A stretch of DNA of 64,000 bases from an uncultured Oscillospiraceae bacterium (lineage in GTDB: Bacteria; Bacillota; Clostridia; Oscillospirales; Oscillospiraceae). Below, in pieces: positions 17,577-25,815 of this stretch (position 1 is the stretch's first letter; each line of letters starts with the position of its first letter). The notes under the pieces are model-generated. The model ran no database searches. It was not told the DNA's origin and worked only from the letters and a program-made list of their open reading frames with translations. The position numbers were made by a program, and so were the translations under genes. The stretch lies in assembly GCA_944385705.1 (NCBI GenBank), contig CALWYF010000001.1, forward strand, positions 3,118 through 67,117. The letters run 5' to 3'.

Positions 17577-18521
17577 TTATTTTTTTATTTTTCTCCGGAG
17601 CTCGACCACGACTCCGGCAATTGACACAGGTAAAGACTCTATTTCCTCCGGGCTGAACGTCCTGGGAGGATACGATTGGTTGCGGGGTACGATGGTTAGG
17701 CTGTGATCACTATTAAGACGCACCTGCTTGAGTGTTGCCTCATATCCATTTACATACACAACACAGTCATCGCCGGAATTACAGGTAGGCTGCTTACGGA
17801 CAATTACTGTATCACCTGGCAGATAGTCCGGCCACATACTGTCTCCTTTGACCTGGAGGGCAAAGTATTCCCTTCCGCCATCAACCATACTGTCTGGGAT
17901 GTCTTCCCAGTCAACTATGTCTTCGACTGCTTCTAATGGAATGCCCGCAGGAACAGTGCCGAGTACAGGTATAGAAATTGCTTGACTTTTCTTTGGATTT
18001 GCATACTCATAAGTTGAAAACTCGTATAGCTTATTGTTTATTGCATCGCCTAATCCCATAACTTTTGAATTGTGCAATTTAACTGCTGAATCAAAAATGG
18101 GAGTAAATTCTACTTCAGCAGTTGATTGATCAACAATTACAACGGATTTCACCGCATTTGCAAACCATTGGATTAAGAATAATTCGTTTTTTTCATAAAA
18201 AAATGCAATATCAAGGTTGGCTATAAGAAATTTATCATCTTTAATTGGGTCACTGTAATCTGGAGGTATTTTTTTTCGTATTGCGCAGAAAACTGCCTCA
18301 GCATTCGACATTATCTCTTCCCAGTTTTCAAAGACGCCTGCACCGACCAAGAAATCAACTGGCACATGAAGAACTTTTGATAGCCTAACAAGCGTATCAT
18401 TATCCGGGCAAGATGGGGATGTTTCCCACATGGCAACAGTTGTCCTTGCTACATTTAATGCCTTTGCCAATTGCGCTTGTGTTAATTTGTTGAGTTTTCT
18501 AGCCGCTTTAATTGGATTCAT
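17577..18521 (-). CDS. cI/LexA-like prophage repressor (XRE HTH + inserted domain + S24 peptidase)
   Basis: N-terminal LTQAQLAKALNVARTTVAMWE HTH. C-terminal GDSMWPDY (Ser) and EATLKQV (Lys) S24 autocleavage motifs. About 110 aa of unassigned sequence lie between them. Confidence 0.85.
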   Translation of the reverse strand: MNPIKAARKLNKLTQAQLAKALNVARTTVAMWETSPSCPDNDTLVRLSKVLHVPVDFLVGAGVFENWEEIMSNAEAVFCAIRKKIPPDYSDPIKDDKFLIANLDIAFFYEKNELFLIQWFANAVKSVVIVDQSTAEVEFTPIFDSAVKLHNSKVMGLGDAINNKLYEFSTYEYANPKKSQAISIPVLGTVPAGIPLEAVEDIVDWEDIPDSMVDGGREYFALQVKGDSMWPDYLPGDTVIVRKQPTCNSGDDCVVYVNGYEATLKQVRLNSDHSLTIVPRNQSYPPRTFSPEEIESLPVSIAGVVVELRRKIKK

Positions 18522-18538
18522 AAAAACACCTCAATGTA

Positions 18539-18567
18539 ATTCTATGTCAAAAATAACGACATTGCAA
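18539..18567 (-). promoter_or_regulatory. repressor-maintenance-type promoter for cI
   Basis: Minus strand reads TTGCAA, 17 nt, TAGAAT, followed by GAGGTG RBS and ATG 18521. Confidence 0.6.
18546..18560. promoter_or_regulatory. operator-like site O1 (GTCAAAAATAACGAC)
   Basis: Shares GTCAAAA...GAC with O2 and O3; lies in the spacer of the cI promoter. Confidence 0.55.
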
Positions 18568-18588
18568 GAAGACTAAACGAAAAAGTCT

Positions 18589-18603
18589 GTCAAAACTATT
18601 GAC
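18589..18603. promoter_or_regulatory. operator-like site O2 (GTCAAAACTATTGAC)
   Basis: 15-bp imperfect palindrome overlapping the -35 of the rightward promoter. Confidence 0.6.
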
Positions 18604-18627
18604 AAAAACCCCGCTAGAATATATAAT
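18599..18627 (+). promoter_or_regulatory. early rightward (PR-like) promoter
   Basis: TTGACA (18599-604), 17 nt, TATAAT (18622-27). Confidence 0.7.
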
Positions 18628-18637
18628 TATATCAAAC

Positions 18638-18652
18638 GTCAAAAGTTTTGAC
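18638..18652. promoter_or_regulatory. operator-like site O3 (GTCAAAAGTTTTGAC)
   Basis: Perfect 7+1+7 palindrome just downstream of the PR -10. Confidence 0.65.
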
Positions 18653-18706
18653 ATAAATACAAAAATTTAGGCTGCTGCAAATTACCATATAGGGGAGGTG
18701 AAAGAA

Positions 18707-18916
18707 ATGGTGATGAGAATTCGTGAGTTGCGCCAATCGTTAGGGATGAAGCAGCAAGAGCTTGCTGACGTGATGGGAGTATCACGTACTACTGCAACCC
18801 AGTGGGAAAGTGAGGTAGCTCTACCTCGTACCCGACAGCTCCCGGATCTGGCCAGAGCTCTGAATTGCTCCATCGATGAACTTTTTGCTCAGCCGGAGCC
18901 GGTCTGTCCCATGTAA
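18707..18916 (+). CDS. Cro-like XRE-family HTH regulator
   Basis: MVMRIRELRQSLGMKQQELADVMGVSRTTATQWE; ATG 18707 after AGGGGAGG; divergent from cI. Confidence 0.8.
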   Translation: MVMRIRELRQSLGMKQQELADVMGVSRTTATQWESEVALPRTRQLPDLARALNCSIDELFAQPEPVCPM

Positions 18917-18946
18917 GCATTATATCCCAGAGAGGAGGGAATAGCC

Positions 18947-19402
18947 ATGCAGGACAACTGCGGGAATATCTATAAAAGAGCAAGAGCCACTGCCGGTCTG
19001 ACCCAGGAGCGCTGGTCGGAGCAGCTGGGCGTAAGCGTGGAGAGCGTGCGACTCTACGAGACGGGAGCCGGTATGCCCTCCGATGAGGTAGTGACCCGGA
19101 TGATAGAGGTGGCGGTACTGCCGGTGCTGGGATATTGGCACTTGATGGCCAAATCAAGAGTGGCGGCAGAGATTCTGCCGGAAGTTAAGACGGTACCACT
19201 GGCCCAGGCCGTGGTGCAGCTGCTGCACCGCATCCGGGAATTTGATGAGCAGCACCGTGTCCGGGAGCTGCTGAGTATCGCAGAGGATGGTCAAATAGAT
19301 TCGGCCGAGCGAGAAGTTTTTGGCAGCATAGTCAAGGAGCTGGATGGTATAGTCCAGGCTGCAATGGCTTTGAAGTTTTCGGAGGGACAAGATGGACGAT
19401 AG
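18947..19402 (+). CDS. XRE-family HTH protein with C-terminal helical domain
   Basis: IYKRARATAGLTQERWSEQLGVSVESVRLYETG HTH; good RBS. Confidence 0.7.
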   Translation: MQDNCGNIYKRARATAGLTQERWSEQLGVSVESVRLYETGAGMPSDEVVTRMIEVAVLPVLGYWHLMAKSRVAAEILPEVKTVPLAQAVVQLLHRIREFDEQHRVRELLSIAEDGQIDSAEREVFGSIVKELDGIVQAAMALKFSEGQDGR

Positions 19403-19655
19403 AATGCTGACGCCTGAGGAAGTGTGCGAGTATTTGAGCGTGTCTCAAAGTACATTGAATCGCATAGTGCTGGACGGCGATCTCCCCATGTATAAGGTGC
19501 GGGGCAGCTGCCGATATTTTGCCAGCGATGTCCAGACTTATATCGCCGGGTGCAGAAAGGCCACCGTGGCCCCGGGCATAAAAATACCCCGGACCAAGAG
19601 CATAAGCACCAGGCCCAGGGAGTGCAAATATATACCGGGGATGAAGGTGGTCTAA
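19392..19655 (+). CDS. excisionase-family (MerR-like) HTH DNA-binding protein
   Basis: MLTPEEVCEYLSVSQSTLNRIVLDGDLPMYKVRGSCRYF matches the excisionase-type HTH pattern. Confidence 0.65.
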   Translation: MDDRMLTPEEVCEYLSVSQSTLNRIVLDGDLPMYKVRGSCRYFASDVQTYIAGCRKATVAPGIKIPRTKSISTRPRECKYIPGMKVV

Positions 19656-19774
19656 ATGATAAGAGCAAATAAAAAGCCCCTGCAGATGCGGGTACATCTG
19701 CAAGGGCCAGTCATGGGTGACCATGACATGAGAACACTTGTATTATATCAGATCCCCGGCGGAAAAACAAGGGG

Positions 19775-20560
19775 GTGATAACAATAGACGGCATTACTGA
19801 GTTTACCGGCCAGTGGGCCATCCTACCGGCCAGAGTGAGATATGACAAGCAGCTTCCGGCCAATGCCAAGCTGATATATGCGGAGATCGCCGCAAAAATC
19901 AATGAGGAGGGCTTCTGCTTCTGCCACAATGCCTACTTTTCAGAGCGTCTGGGCATCAAGCGGGATACGGTGAGCACTCTCATCAAGCGGCTAGAAAATG
20001 CTGAGTATATCCGTATCGATGTGGACGTGTCCAGAGTCAATTGCGACCGGCGTAGGATATATCTCACGTCAAAACCCTACGAGTGGGGGGTATCGGATTT
20101 AAATAGGGTACCCCCTATAAAGGGGGGTACCCCAGAAAAATCCGGTACCGGAAATAAATCCGAGAGGGTACCGGATTTAAATCCGATACCAATAGAAAAT
20201 AATAATTTAAAATATAATACCCCCTATAATCCCCCAGAGACTCCACCGACTCCAGCGGAGGAGCAGGGCCCCAAATGGAAACCGGAACGCTTTGAAAAAT
20301 TCTGGGCGTACTATCCGTGCCATAAGAGCAAGAAGGCTGCTGTGAAAGCCTGGGACAAGCTCAAACCGTCAGACGAGCTACTGGCCATAATCGCCAGAGC
20401 CCTGACGAGGCAGATGGCCACGGAGGAATGGCAGCGGGGGATCGGTATCCCCTATGCCAGTACATACCTCAACAACGAGCGCTGGACGGATGAAATTGGG
20501 CCTGCAAGCCCAATGCCAGAGAGCCCACCTCCCGGAGGTGACGTGCCCACATGGACTTGA
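19775..20560 (+). CDS. phage replication initiator (N-terminal wHTH), carries internal ori-like repeats
   Basis: NAKLIYAEIAAKINEEGFCFCHNAYFSERLGIKRDTVSTLIKRLENAEYIRI is wHTH-like. GTG start after AAGGGGG. Immediately precedes the DnaB helicase. Confidence 0.65.
   Translation: MITIDGITEFTGQWAILPARVRYDKQLPANAKLIYAEIAAKINEEGFCFCHNAYFSERLGIKRDTVSTLIKRLENAEYIRIDVDVSRVNCDRRRIYLTSKPYEWGVSDLNRVPPIKGGTPEKSGTGNKSERVPDLNPIPIENNNLKYNTPYNPPETPPTPAEEQGPKWKPERFEKFWAYYPCHKSKKAAVKAWDKLKPSDELLAIIARALTRQMATEEWQRGIGIPYASTYLNNERWTDEIGPASPMPESPPPGGDVPTWT
20085..20230. repeat. ori-like iteron cluster plus AT-rich tract inside the initiator gene
   Basis: GGTACC cores at 20107, 20126, 20144 and 20167. GGTATCGGATTTAAAT (20089-104) is inverted at 20175-190. 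ACCCCCTATAA occurs at 20110 and 20219. AT-rich stretch at 20191-20218. Confidence 0.6.
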
Positions 20561-21930
20561 TACACTACTACGACGCCCAGGTGGCTGTGCTTGGCAGCCT
20601 TCTCATTGAGCCGGACAAGCTCAGCGGGGAAATAATGCACCGGGTTCGGCCGGAGGACTTCGGTGACGCCCCGCTGCGGAATATCTTCCGGGCGGCCAAA
20701 GAGTTATATTTGGCCAATGCCCCTTTGGATGCTGTGACCGTGGTAGAGAGGGCAGGCAAGGGCTATGAGCCACTGGTGCGCCAGATCCTGGAGGCCACCC
20801 CTACCGCTCAAAACTGGGAGGCCTATGTGGCCATACTTAAGGACGGCGCTCAGATGGCTGCTCTCCGCCGCCTTGGAGAGCAGCTGCAGGATGCAAAAGA
20901 CATGGAGCAGTGCCGCAAGCTGCTGGCCTCAGCTGAAGGTATGCTTACTGCACGGCCTGGGCGGAAAGCCTCTACATACCAGGAGCTTATCTCTGATTAC
21001 TTGGACCGTCAGAGCGACAAGTCGCCTCCGGATTATCTGGACTGGGGCATCGAGCAGCTCAATCGGAATATCTCAGTATCTCCAGGCCGCTTTGTAATTC
21101 TGGGCGCAGACAGCTCAGTGGGCAAGACCGCTCTGGCGCTGCAGCTGGCCTATAACATCGCAGCCAAAGGCAAACGAGTAGGTTTTTACAGCTATGAGAC
21201 ATCCCGGGCCGATGCGGCAGACCGTATCCTGGCGAATGCGGCCAGCATCAACTTGCCCAGGACAAAGCATAAGGCACTGTCAAAAGAGGATTATATCAGC
21301 GCCACTGTCGAGGGGGAACGCTCAGTAAATATCAGACTCTCCCTGGTGGAGACTGCCGGATGTACGGTAGAAGAGCTCCGGACGGAGACTTTGGCCGGGC
21401 GATATGATGTGGTTTTTATCGACTATGTGCAGCTGATCCCCGCCAAGGCTTCAGACCGCTGGCAGGTAGTGACCGAGGTATCCATGGCGATGCACACCAT
21501 GGCCCAGCAGCTGGGCGTCACAGTCATTGCCTTGTCCCAGGTTACGCCGCCAGAGCTGGACAAGAAAGGCAAGCGGCGGCCACTTAGAAAAGGTGATCTC
21601 CGAGAGAGCCGACAGCTGATAAATGACGCCGACCTCATCCTGATGATGGACTTAGTAGATCCTGACGATAGCCAGAGCCTCAGAGTGCTGAGAATCGACA
21701 AAAATAAGGACGGCCCCCTGGGGAAAATCTACCTGCGCTTTGATGCGGAGCACATGCGCTTTACTCCGGCTCCGGCCCCGCCCAGCGAGGCCTACCAGAA
21801 AGTGATGGATGCAGCAGCCAAAGTCAAAAAAGAGCAAAGAGAAGAGGCCAGAAAGAAGAAAGGCCAGCCCATAGACGGACAGGCTAAGTTTGAGGAGCTG
21901 CCGGACAATGGTGAGCCCCTGCCATTTTAG
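20551..21930 (+). CDS. dnaB: DnaB-type replicative DNA helicase
   Basis: 459 aa; DnaB N-domain (AQVAVLGSLLIEPDKL), Walker A GADSSVGKTALAL, Walker B VVFIDYVQL. Confidence 0.9.
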   Translation: MDLIHYYDAQVAVLGSLLIEPDKLSGEIMHRVRPEDFGDAPLRNIFRAAKELYLANAPLDAVTVVERAGKGYEPLVRQILEATPTAQNWEAYVAILKDGAQMAALRRLGEQLQDAKDMEQCRKLLASAEGMLTARPGRKASTYQELISDYLDRQSDKSPPDYLDWGIEQLNRNISVSPGRFVILGADSSVGKTALALQLAYNIAAKGKRVGFYSYETSRADAADRILANAASINLPRTKHKALSKEDYISATVEGERSVNIRLSLVETAGCTVEELRTETLAGRYDVVFIDYVQLIPAKASDRWQVVTEVSMAMHTMAQQLGVTVIALSQVTPPELDKKGKRRPLRKGDLRESRQLINDADLILMMDLVDPDDSQSLRVLRIDKNKDGPLGKIYLRFDAEHMRFTPAPAPPSEAYQKVMDAAAKVKKEQREEARKKKGQPIDGQAKFEELPDNGEPLPF

Positions 21931-21938
21931 GAGGATGC

Positions 21939-22238
21939 ATGCGAATAGGCGAGTTTTACACCTTTGTCCCGGCAGGATTTACCGGGGAGAAGCACGGCAC
22001 CGTCAAGCAGGCACAGGCTCTCCCTCACAAGGTGACCGGCACCATCGTGGGGATCAACCGGGTACACCGATTTTGTCGGGTGCGCTTTAATGTGAACGGC
22101 GTTACATTGCACGAATGTTTCAAAATAAAGAGTCTGGAGGACCGATATGAGAACAACTGTAATTTTGAATTTAAAGGGCGGCGTTGCAAAGACCGCCACG
22201 GCCGTCAATGTGGCGGCGATCCTGGCCAGCGACTATAA
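21939..22238 (+). CDS. hypothetical protein (3' end overlaps parA by 92 nt)
   Basis: ATG after AGGAGGA. The last ~30 aa are an Arg/Gly-rich out-of-frame read of parA, so the true C-terminus is uncertain. Confidence 0.45.
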   Translation: MRIGEFYTFVPAGFTGEKHGTVKQAQALPHKVTGTIVGINRVHRFCRVRFNVNGVTLHECFKIKSLEDRYENNCNFEFKGRRCKDRHGRQCGGDPGQRL

Positions 22239-22917
22239 GCAGCGGGTACTGCTGATAGATGCTGATAGCCAGTGCAATACTACAGAATTTTACGGTGGAG
22301 ATCCTGCCAAGGGTAATTTGGCTGAGCTGCTGCGGAGCGGCAGCCAAGAGGACGCAGCGTGGGGCATTCAGAGCACCAGATTCACCGGTGTGGATCTTCT
22401 GGCCGGGGACGAGAGCCTTATGGACCTTGACCTCACTAAAGTGGAGCTGCAGGACGTGCGGGCCACGGTACTTAGGGACATGGTGCAGTCGCTGGATAAG
22501 ATGAGCCTTTACGATTGGGTGTTGGTGGATTGCCCACCAGCATTCAATGCGGCCTCGGCGGCCGCTCTCATTGCCGCCGATGAGGTAATCATCCCAATCA
22601 AGCTGGACGCCTTTTCCCTGCGGGGAATGGCCAATTTGATGCGGCAGATTGCCAACATGAGACAAATAAATCCCAAGCTGAGGCTGGGAGGGCTCCTGCC
22701 CACGATGTGGTACAGAAGCGAAAATATACAAAGGGCAGAAGAGACCCTGCGGGCCTCCGGCCTGCCGGTATACCCGCATATCCGCCGCACCAATAAAGTT
22801 GATGACATGACCTTTGACCAGCAGCCGCTGCTGGTCTCCAGCCCCAAGAGCGCCGCCGGTAGGGACTACCGCACATTTGTCCGTGCGCTCATGGAGGGAG
22901 GCGCAGTCAATGGCTAA
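22147..22917 (+). CDS. parA: ParA/Soj-family partition ATPase
   Basis: Deviant Walker A LNLKGGVAKTATAVN, then LLIDADSQCN and VLVDCPP. Confidence 0.9.
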   Translation: MRTTVILNLKGGVAKTATAVNVAAILASDYKQRVLLIDADSQCNTTEFYGGDPAKGNLAELLRSGSQEDAAWGIQSTRFTGVDLLAGDESLMDLDLTKVELQDVRATVLRDMVQSLDKMSLYDWVLVDCPPAFNAASAAALIAADEVIIPIKLDAFSLRGMANLMRQIANMRQINPKLRLGGLLPTMWYRSENIQRAEETLRASGLPVYPHIRRTNKVDDMTFDQQPLLVSSPKSAAGRDYRTFVRALMEGGAVNG

Positions 22918-24430
22918 GACCGGCTTTGACCTCGCCTCCATTCTGGGGGATGTGTCCAAATTGGACACCGGCCTGCAGCCCGATGGACGGGAGCAGATCG
23001 AGTACATAGACCTCAGTCTCATAGACCCAGACCCCAACAATTTTTACGAGATGACCGATATTGAGGAGCTGGCTGCCAATATTGAGCTGCTGGGCCTGCA
23101 GCAGCCCTTGAGGGTCCGGCCCAATTCAGACAAGCCGGGGAGATTGATTATTGTCTCCGGGCATCGCCGCAGGGCAGCTCTGGAACTGCTTGTGGGCGAA
23201 GGTAAGTCGCAGTTTGCCCAGGCACCGTGCATCAGGGAGGCAGGCGATCAGTCCGCTGCCCTCCAGGAGCTCCGGCTTATATACGCCAACAGCGACACCA
23301 GGAAGCTCACTTCGCCCGAACTGTCTAAGCAGGCGGAGCGTGTGGAGGCTCTTCTTTACCAGCTCAAGGAGGAAGGCATGGACTTCCCCGGCCGGATGAG
23401 GGATCATGTGGCTGAGGCCTGCAAGGTGAGCAAGTCCAAGCTGGCCCGGCTGAAAGTCATCCGTGAGAAGCTGGACAAGCCATTTTACCAGCTGTATGAG
23501 AAGGGCACAATTGCCGAGAGCGTGGCCTATGCTCTTGCCCAGCAGCCTTTGGAGATACAGAGGGCAGTGCACGATTACAAGTGCGTTGGTAAAAACGGTG
23601 CTAAGTACCTGCGGGAATGGGAGGTAGACAATGTAGCTGAGAACTATAAGAAGATTACTGAGCGAACGTGCAAATTTGGTGGTGCTTGCAGCCATGGTGC
23701 GGCATTGCTCGGGAAAATATATGACGGCTCGTATAGCTATAAGCCGTGTGAGCATGTCAAGTGCTGCAGTAAGTGTGATAAGCTGGCAAGCTGTAAATCC
23801 GCTTGTCCAAAGCTGAAGGATAAAATCCAGAAACTCAAGGCGGATAAAAAGGCGGCGGCCCAGCAGGAGAAGCTGGCCAAGGAAGAAAAAGAGCGTCCTG
23901 ATATTGAGCAGATCACCAGACTCTGGGCTCGCTTTGGCGAGGCCAGAGCGGCAGCGGGGAAGAGTGTGAGGCAGATAATAGAAGCTGCTGATATGTACTA
24001 CACTAAATCTGATGATGAAAAGTATAAAGCTCTTGAAAGTGGTGGCAGACAAGTCACGACATCTACAGGGCTGCCTTATAGCTATGGCTTTAGTTTGACC
24101 GATGTCCGGAGGCTCATATCTATTGCGGACTGCCTCGGCTGTAGTCTGGACTATCTCTTCTGCCGCACCGATGAGCCAAGAGCCAAGTGGGAGGAGCACG
24201 ATGCTTCAGTTCCTGTCACGGCTACGGCATGGCATACTGGTACTCCGCCCATGAGCGGCGAGTACATTGTGAAGCTTGCATTACAAGATGAGCAGGATGA
24301 ATTTATTAAGGCTTTCCTCGACTTTGATCGTTACAATAGTGAGTGGAGCTACGAGTATGGTGAGCCGTTAGACACATCTTTGGCTAAAGTGATAGGCTGG
24401 ATACAGCTCCCCGAGGAGGATGAAGAATGA
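22910..24430 (+). CDS. parB: ParB N-terminal-domain protein with long Cys-rich / HTH-like / DUF551-like C-terminal extension
   Basis: Start ATG 22910 overlaps the parA stop. LQQPLRVRPNSDKPGRLIIVSGHRRRAAL is the ParB box. Then CKFGGACSHG...CEHVKCCSKCDKLASCKSACPK, and C-terminal IGWIQLPEEDEE. Confidence 0.8.
   Translation: MAKTGFDLASILGDVSKLDTGLQPDGREQIEYIDLSLIDPDPNNFYEMTDIEELAANIELLGLQQPLRVRPNSDKPGRLIIVSGHRRRAALELLVGEGKSQFAQAPCIREAGDQSAALQELRLIYANSDTRKLTSPELSKQAERVEALLYQLKEEGMDFPGRMRDHVAEACKVSKSKLARLKVIREKLDKPFYQLYEKGTIAESVAYALAQQPLEIQRAVHDYKCVGKNGAKYLREWEVDNVAENYKKITERTCKFGGACSHGAALLGKIYDGSYSYKPCEHVKCCSKCDKLASCKSACPKLKDKIQKLKADKKAAAQQEKLAKEEKERPDIEQITRLWARFGEARAAAGKSVRQIIEAADMYYTKSDDEKYKALESGGRQVTTSTGLPYSYGFSLTDVRRLISIADCLGCSLDYLFCRTDEPRAKWEEHDASVPVTATAWHTGTPPMSGEYIVKLALQDEQDEFIKAFLDFDRYNSEWSYEYGEPLDTSLAKVIGWIQLPEEDEE
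22952..22968. repeat. 17-bp palindrome copy 3 (GTGTCCAAATTGGACAC)
   Basis: Perfect copy 43 nt into parB (encodes VSKLDT). Confidence 0.9.
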
Positions 24431-24621
24431 GAGGCACGAAGAAGGCCAGGTATGCGGAGTATACCGGCAAAAAAATGTGGCTTGTGGAGCACCCTCAATT
24501 CGGCAAATGCCGGGCGTGTGCGCCCAGCTCGGAGGCGGCTGTAGTGGCCGCCGCCGAGGCATGGGGGACTAAATGGACGAGACTGGATTTCTACACCGTA
24601 TGCACGGTGTGCCCAGCCTGA
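24427..24621 (+). CDS. hypothetical small protein
   Basis: 64 aa; ATG overlaps the parB stop, preceded by GAGGAGGA. Confidence 0.5.
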   Translation: MRGTKKARYAEYTGKKMWLVEHPQFGKCRACAPSSEAAVVAAAEAWGTKWTRLDFYTVCTVCPA

Positions 24622-24630
24622 GGAGGGAAT

Positions 24631-24840
24631 ATGCCAGGGACACGATACGTCATAAATTTAAGAGCTAAGCGGGAGCCGGACGGGCTGGCTCCCGCCATCA
24701 GATGCAGCCGGTTCTGGTGCCAGCGCATGGGAGACAATCGATGCTGCGCTGTGTGCTCCAGGCTGGAGCAGTGCATTGATCCCTGCCTCAATAGCCCGGC
24801 CCGCTGCGGCCTGGTGTCCAAATTGGACACCGAAGAATAG
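24631..24840 (+). CDS. hypothetical Cys-rich small protein
   Basis: 69 aa, 8 Cys; RBS GAGGAGGG. Confidence 0.5.
   Translation: MPGTRYVINLRAKREPDGLAPAIRCSRFWCQRMGDNRCCAVCSRLEQCIDPCLNSPARCGLVSKLDTEE
24814..24830. repeat. 17-bp palindrome copy 4 (GTGTCCAAATTGGACAC)
   Basis: Perfect copy at the 3' end of ORF 24631..24840 (again encodes VSKLDT). Confidence 0.9.
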
Positions 24841-24984
24841 GGTATTAAGCTTCGCAAGAAGCGCAGCTGCTGGATTTTATCCAGCGTTCGAAGGGGCTTG
24901 GGGAGCTGCCCCAACAAGCGTTTTTGCAATGTGGCTATCCACTTGCATTGCTTTGCAATGTTAGACAATCTATAATGGGGCATC

Positions 24985-25275
24985 ATGAGTTGTGCGAATT
25001 GTAAGTGTGATAAATGTGTTTATAACTGCGAGCTGACAATCTTTTATTTTACTCCTGGGGAAGTCGAGGACGTGGAAGACATTTGCTACTGCTGTGATGA
25101 GTGTAAATTTTATGATGGAGACTACAAAAAGCAGAGCAAACAAGTTAAGGAATGTGACAGGTTTAGGTATCCCCAAAAATACATAGAAAATTTAAAGCTG
25201 TGTGAAGAACGCAAAGCGCAGCGGAAAAGAAAAACTTTAAAAATTATGGAGGGTGGGAGAACATATGAGCCTTGA
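24985..25275 (+). CDS. hypothetical Cys-rich protein
   Basis: 96 aa; CANCKCDKCVYNC and CYCCDECKFYD clusters. Preceded by TTGCTT, 17 nt, TATAAT (-10 at about 24969-74). Confidence 0.5.
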   Translation: MSCANCKCDKCVYNCELTIFYFTPGEVEDVEDICYCCDECKFYDGDYKKQSKQVKECDRFRYPQKYIENLKLCEERKAQRKRKTLKIMEGGRTYEP

Positions 25276-25666
25276 GTATCCATGTGTGTATTTTGATAAA
25301 GGGTGGTGCCGCAGGTGTCCAGATGATCCCGATGCGTGCGTTTTTGGCCCCTGCGACGAGGAGAGACCGTCTCGAGGAGATGAAATCCGCCGAAAGAGTG
25401 ATTTTGAATTGGCTCAGGCCTTGGTACGGTGCTTGGCAACTGCAACAGTCCCATATGAATATTTCTCGCCCGAGGCAGAGAAATGCAAGAATGAGCAAGA
25501 GGCTATAGCGAAATGGTGTGAATGGCTTATGCAACCACCCCACGGAAAAGAGAAGTTTCCTCCCATCCTGTTGCAGGATAAAATTATTCCACTGCTTCGC
25601 AAGTGCAAAGTGCGCTGCATCAAATGCGGGCGTGTTTTGAACCTTATGGATTTGGAGGGCCCATGA
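25265..25666 (+). CDS. hypothetical Cys-rich protein
   Basis: 133 aa from ATG 25265 after GGAGGGTGGGA; several Cys clusters including CIKCG. Confidence 0.5.
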   Translation: MSLEYPCVYFDKGWCRRCPDDPDACVFGPCDEERPSRGDEIRRKSDFELAQALVRCLATATVPYEYFSPEAEKCKNEQEAIAKWCEWLMQPPHGKEKFPPILLQDKIIPLLRKCKVRCIKCGRVLNLMDLEGP

Positions 25667-25815
25667 AAAAGTACAAAAGAGGCGATATCTGCCCGCTGTG
25701 CGGAGAGCCGATAGCAACTGATGATGTAGCGGCGCTCCAGCTCCTGGGCATGATCGCCGAAGAGCTGGGCCTAGAAGAATCGGAGGAGGAAAGCCATGGG
25801 GAAGAAAAATCTTAG
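25663..25815 (+). CDS. hypothetical small zinc-ribbon-like protein
   Basis: MKKYKRGDICPLCGEPI..., 50 aa; ATGA overlap with the previous gene. Confidence 0.4.
   Translation: MKKYKRGDICPLCGEPIATDDVAALQLLGMIAEELGLEESEEESHGEEKS

Noticed and set aside
19676-19716. Hairpin cccctgcagatg...catctgcaaggg after the Xis-like gene, considered as its terminator
   Set aside because: The T-run follows the hairpin only on the minus strand, where no upstream gene is evident. It may block antisense transcription, but I cannot support a specific function.
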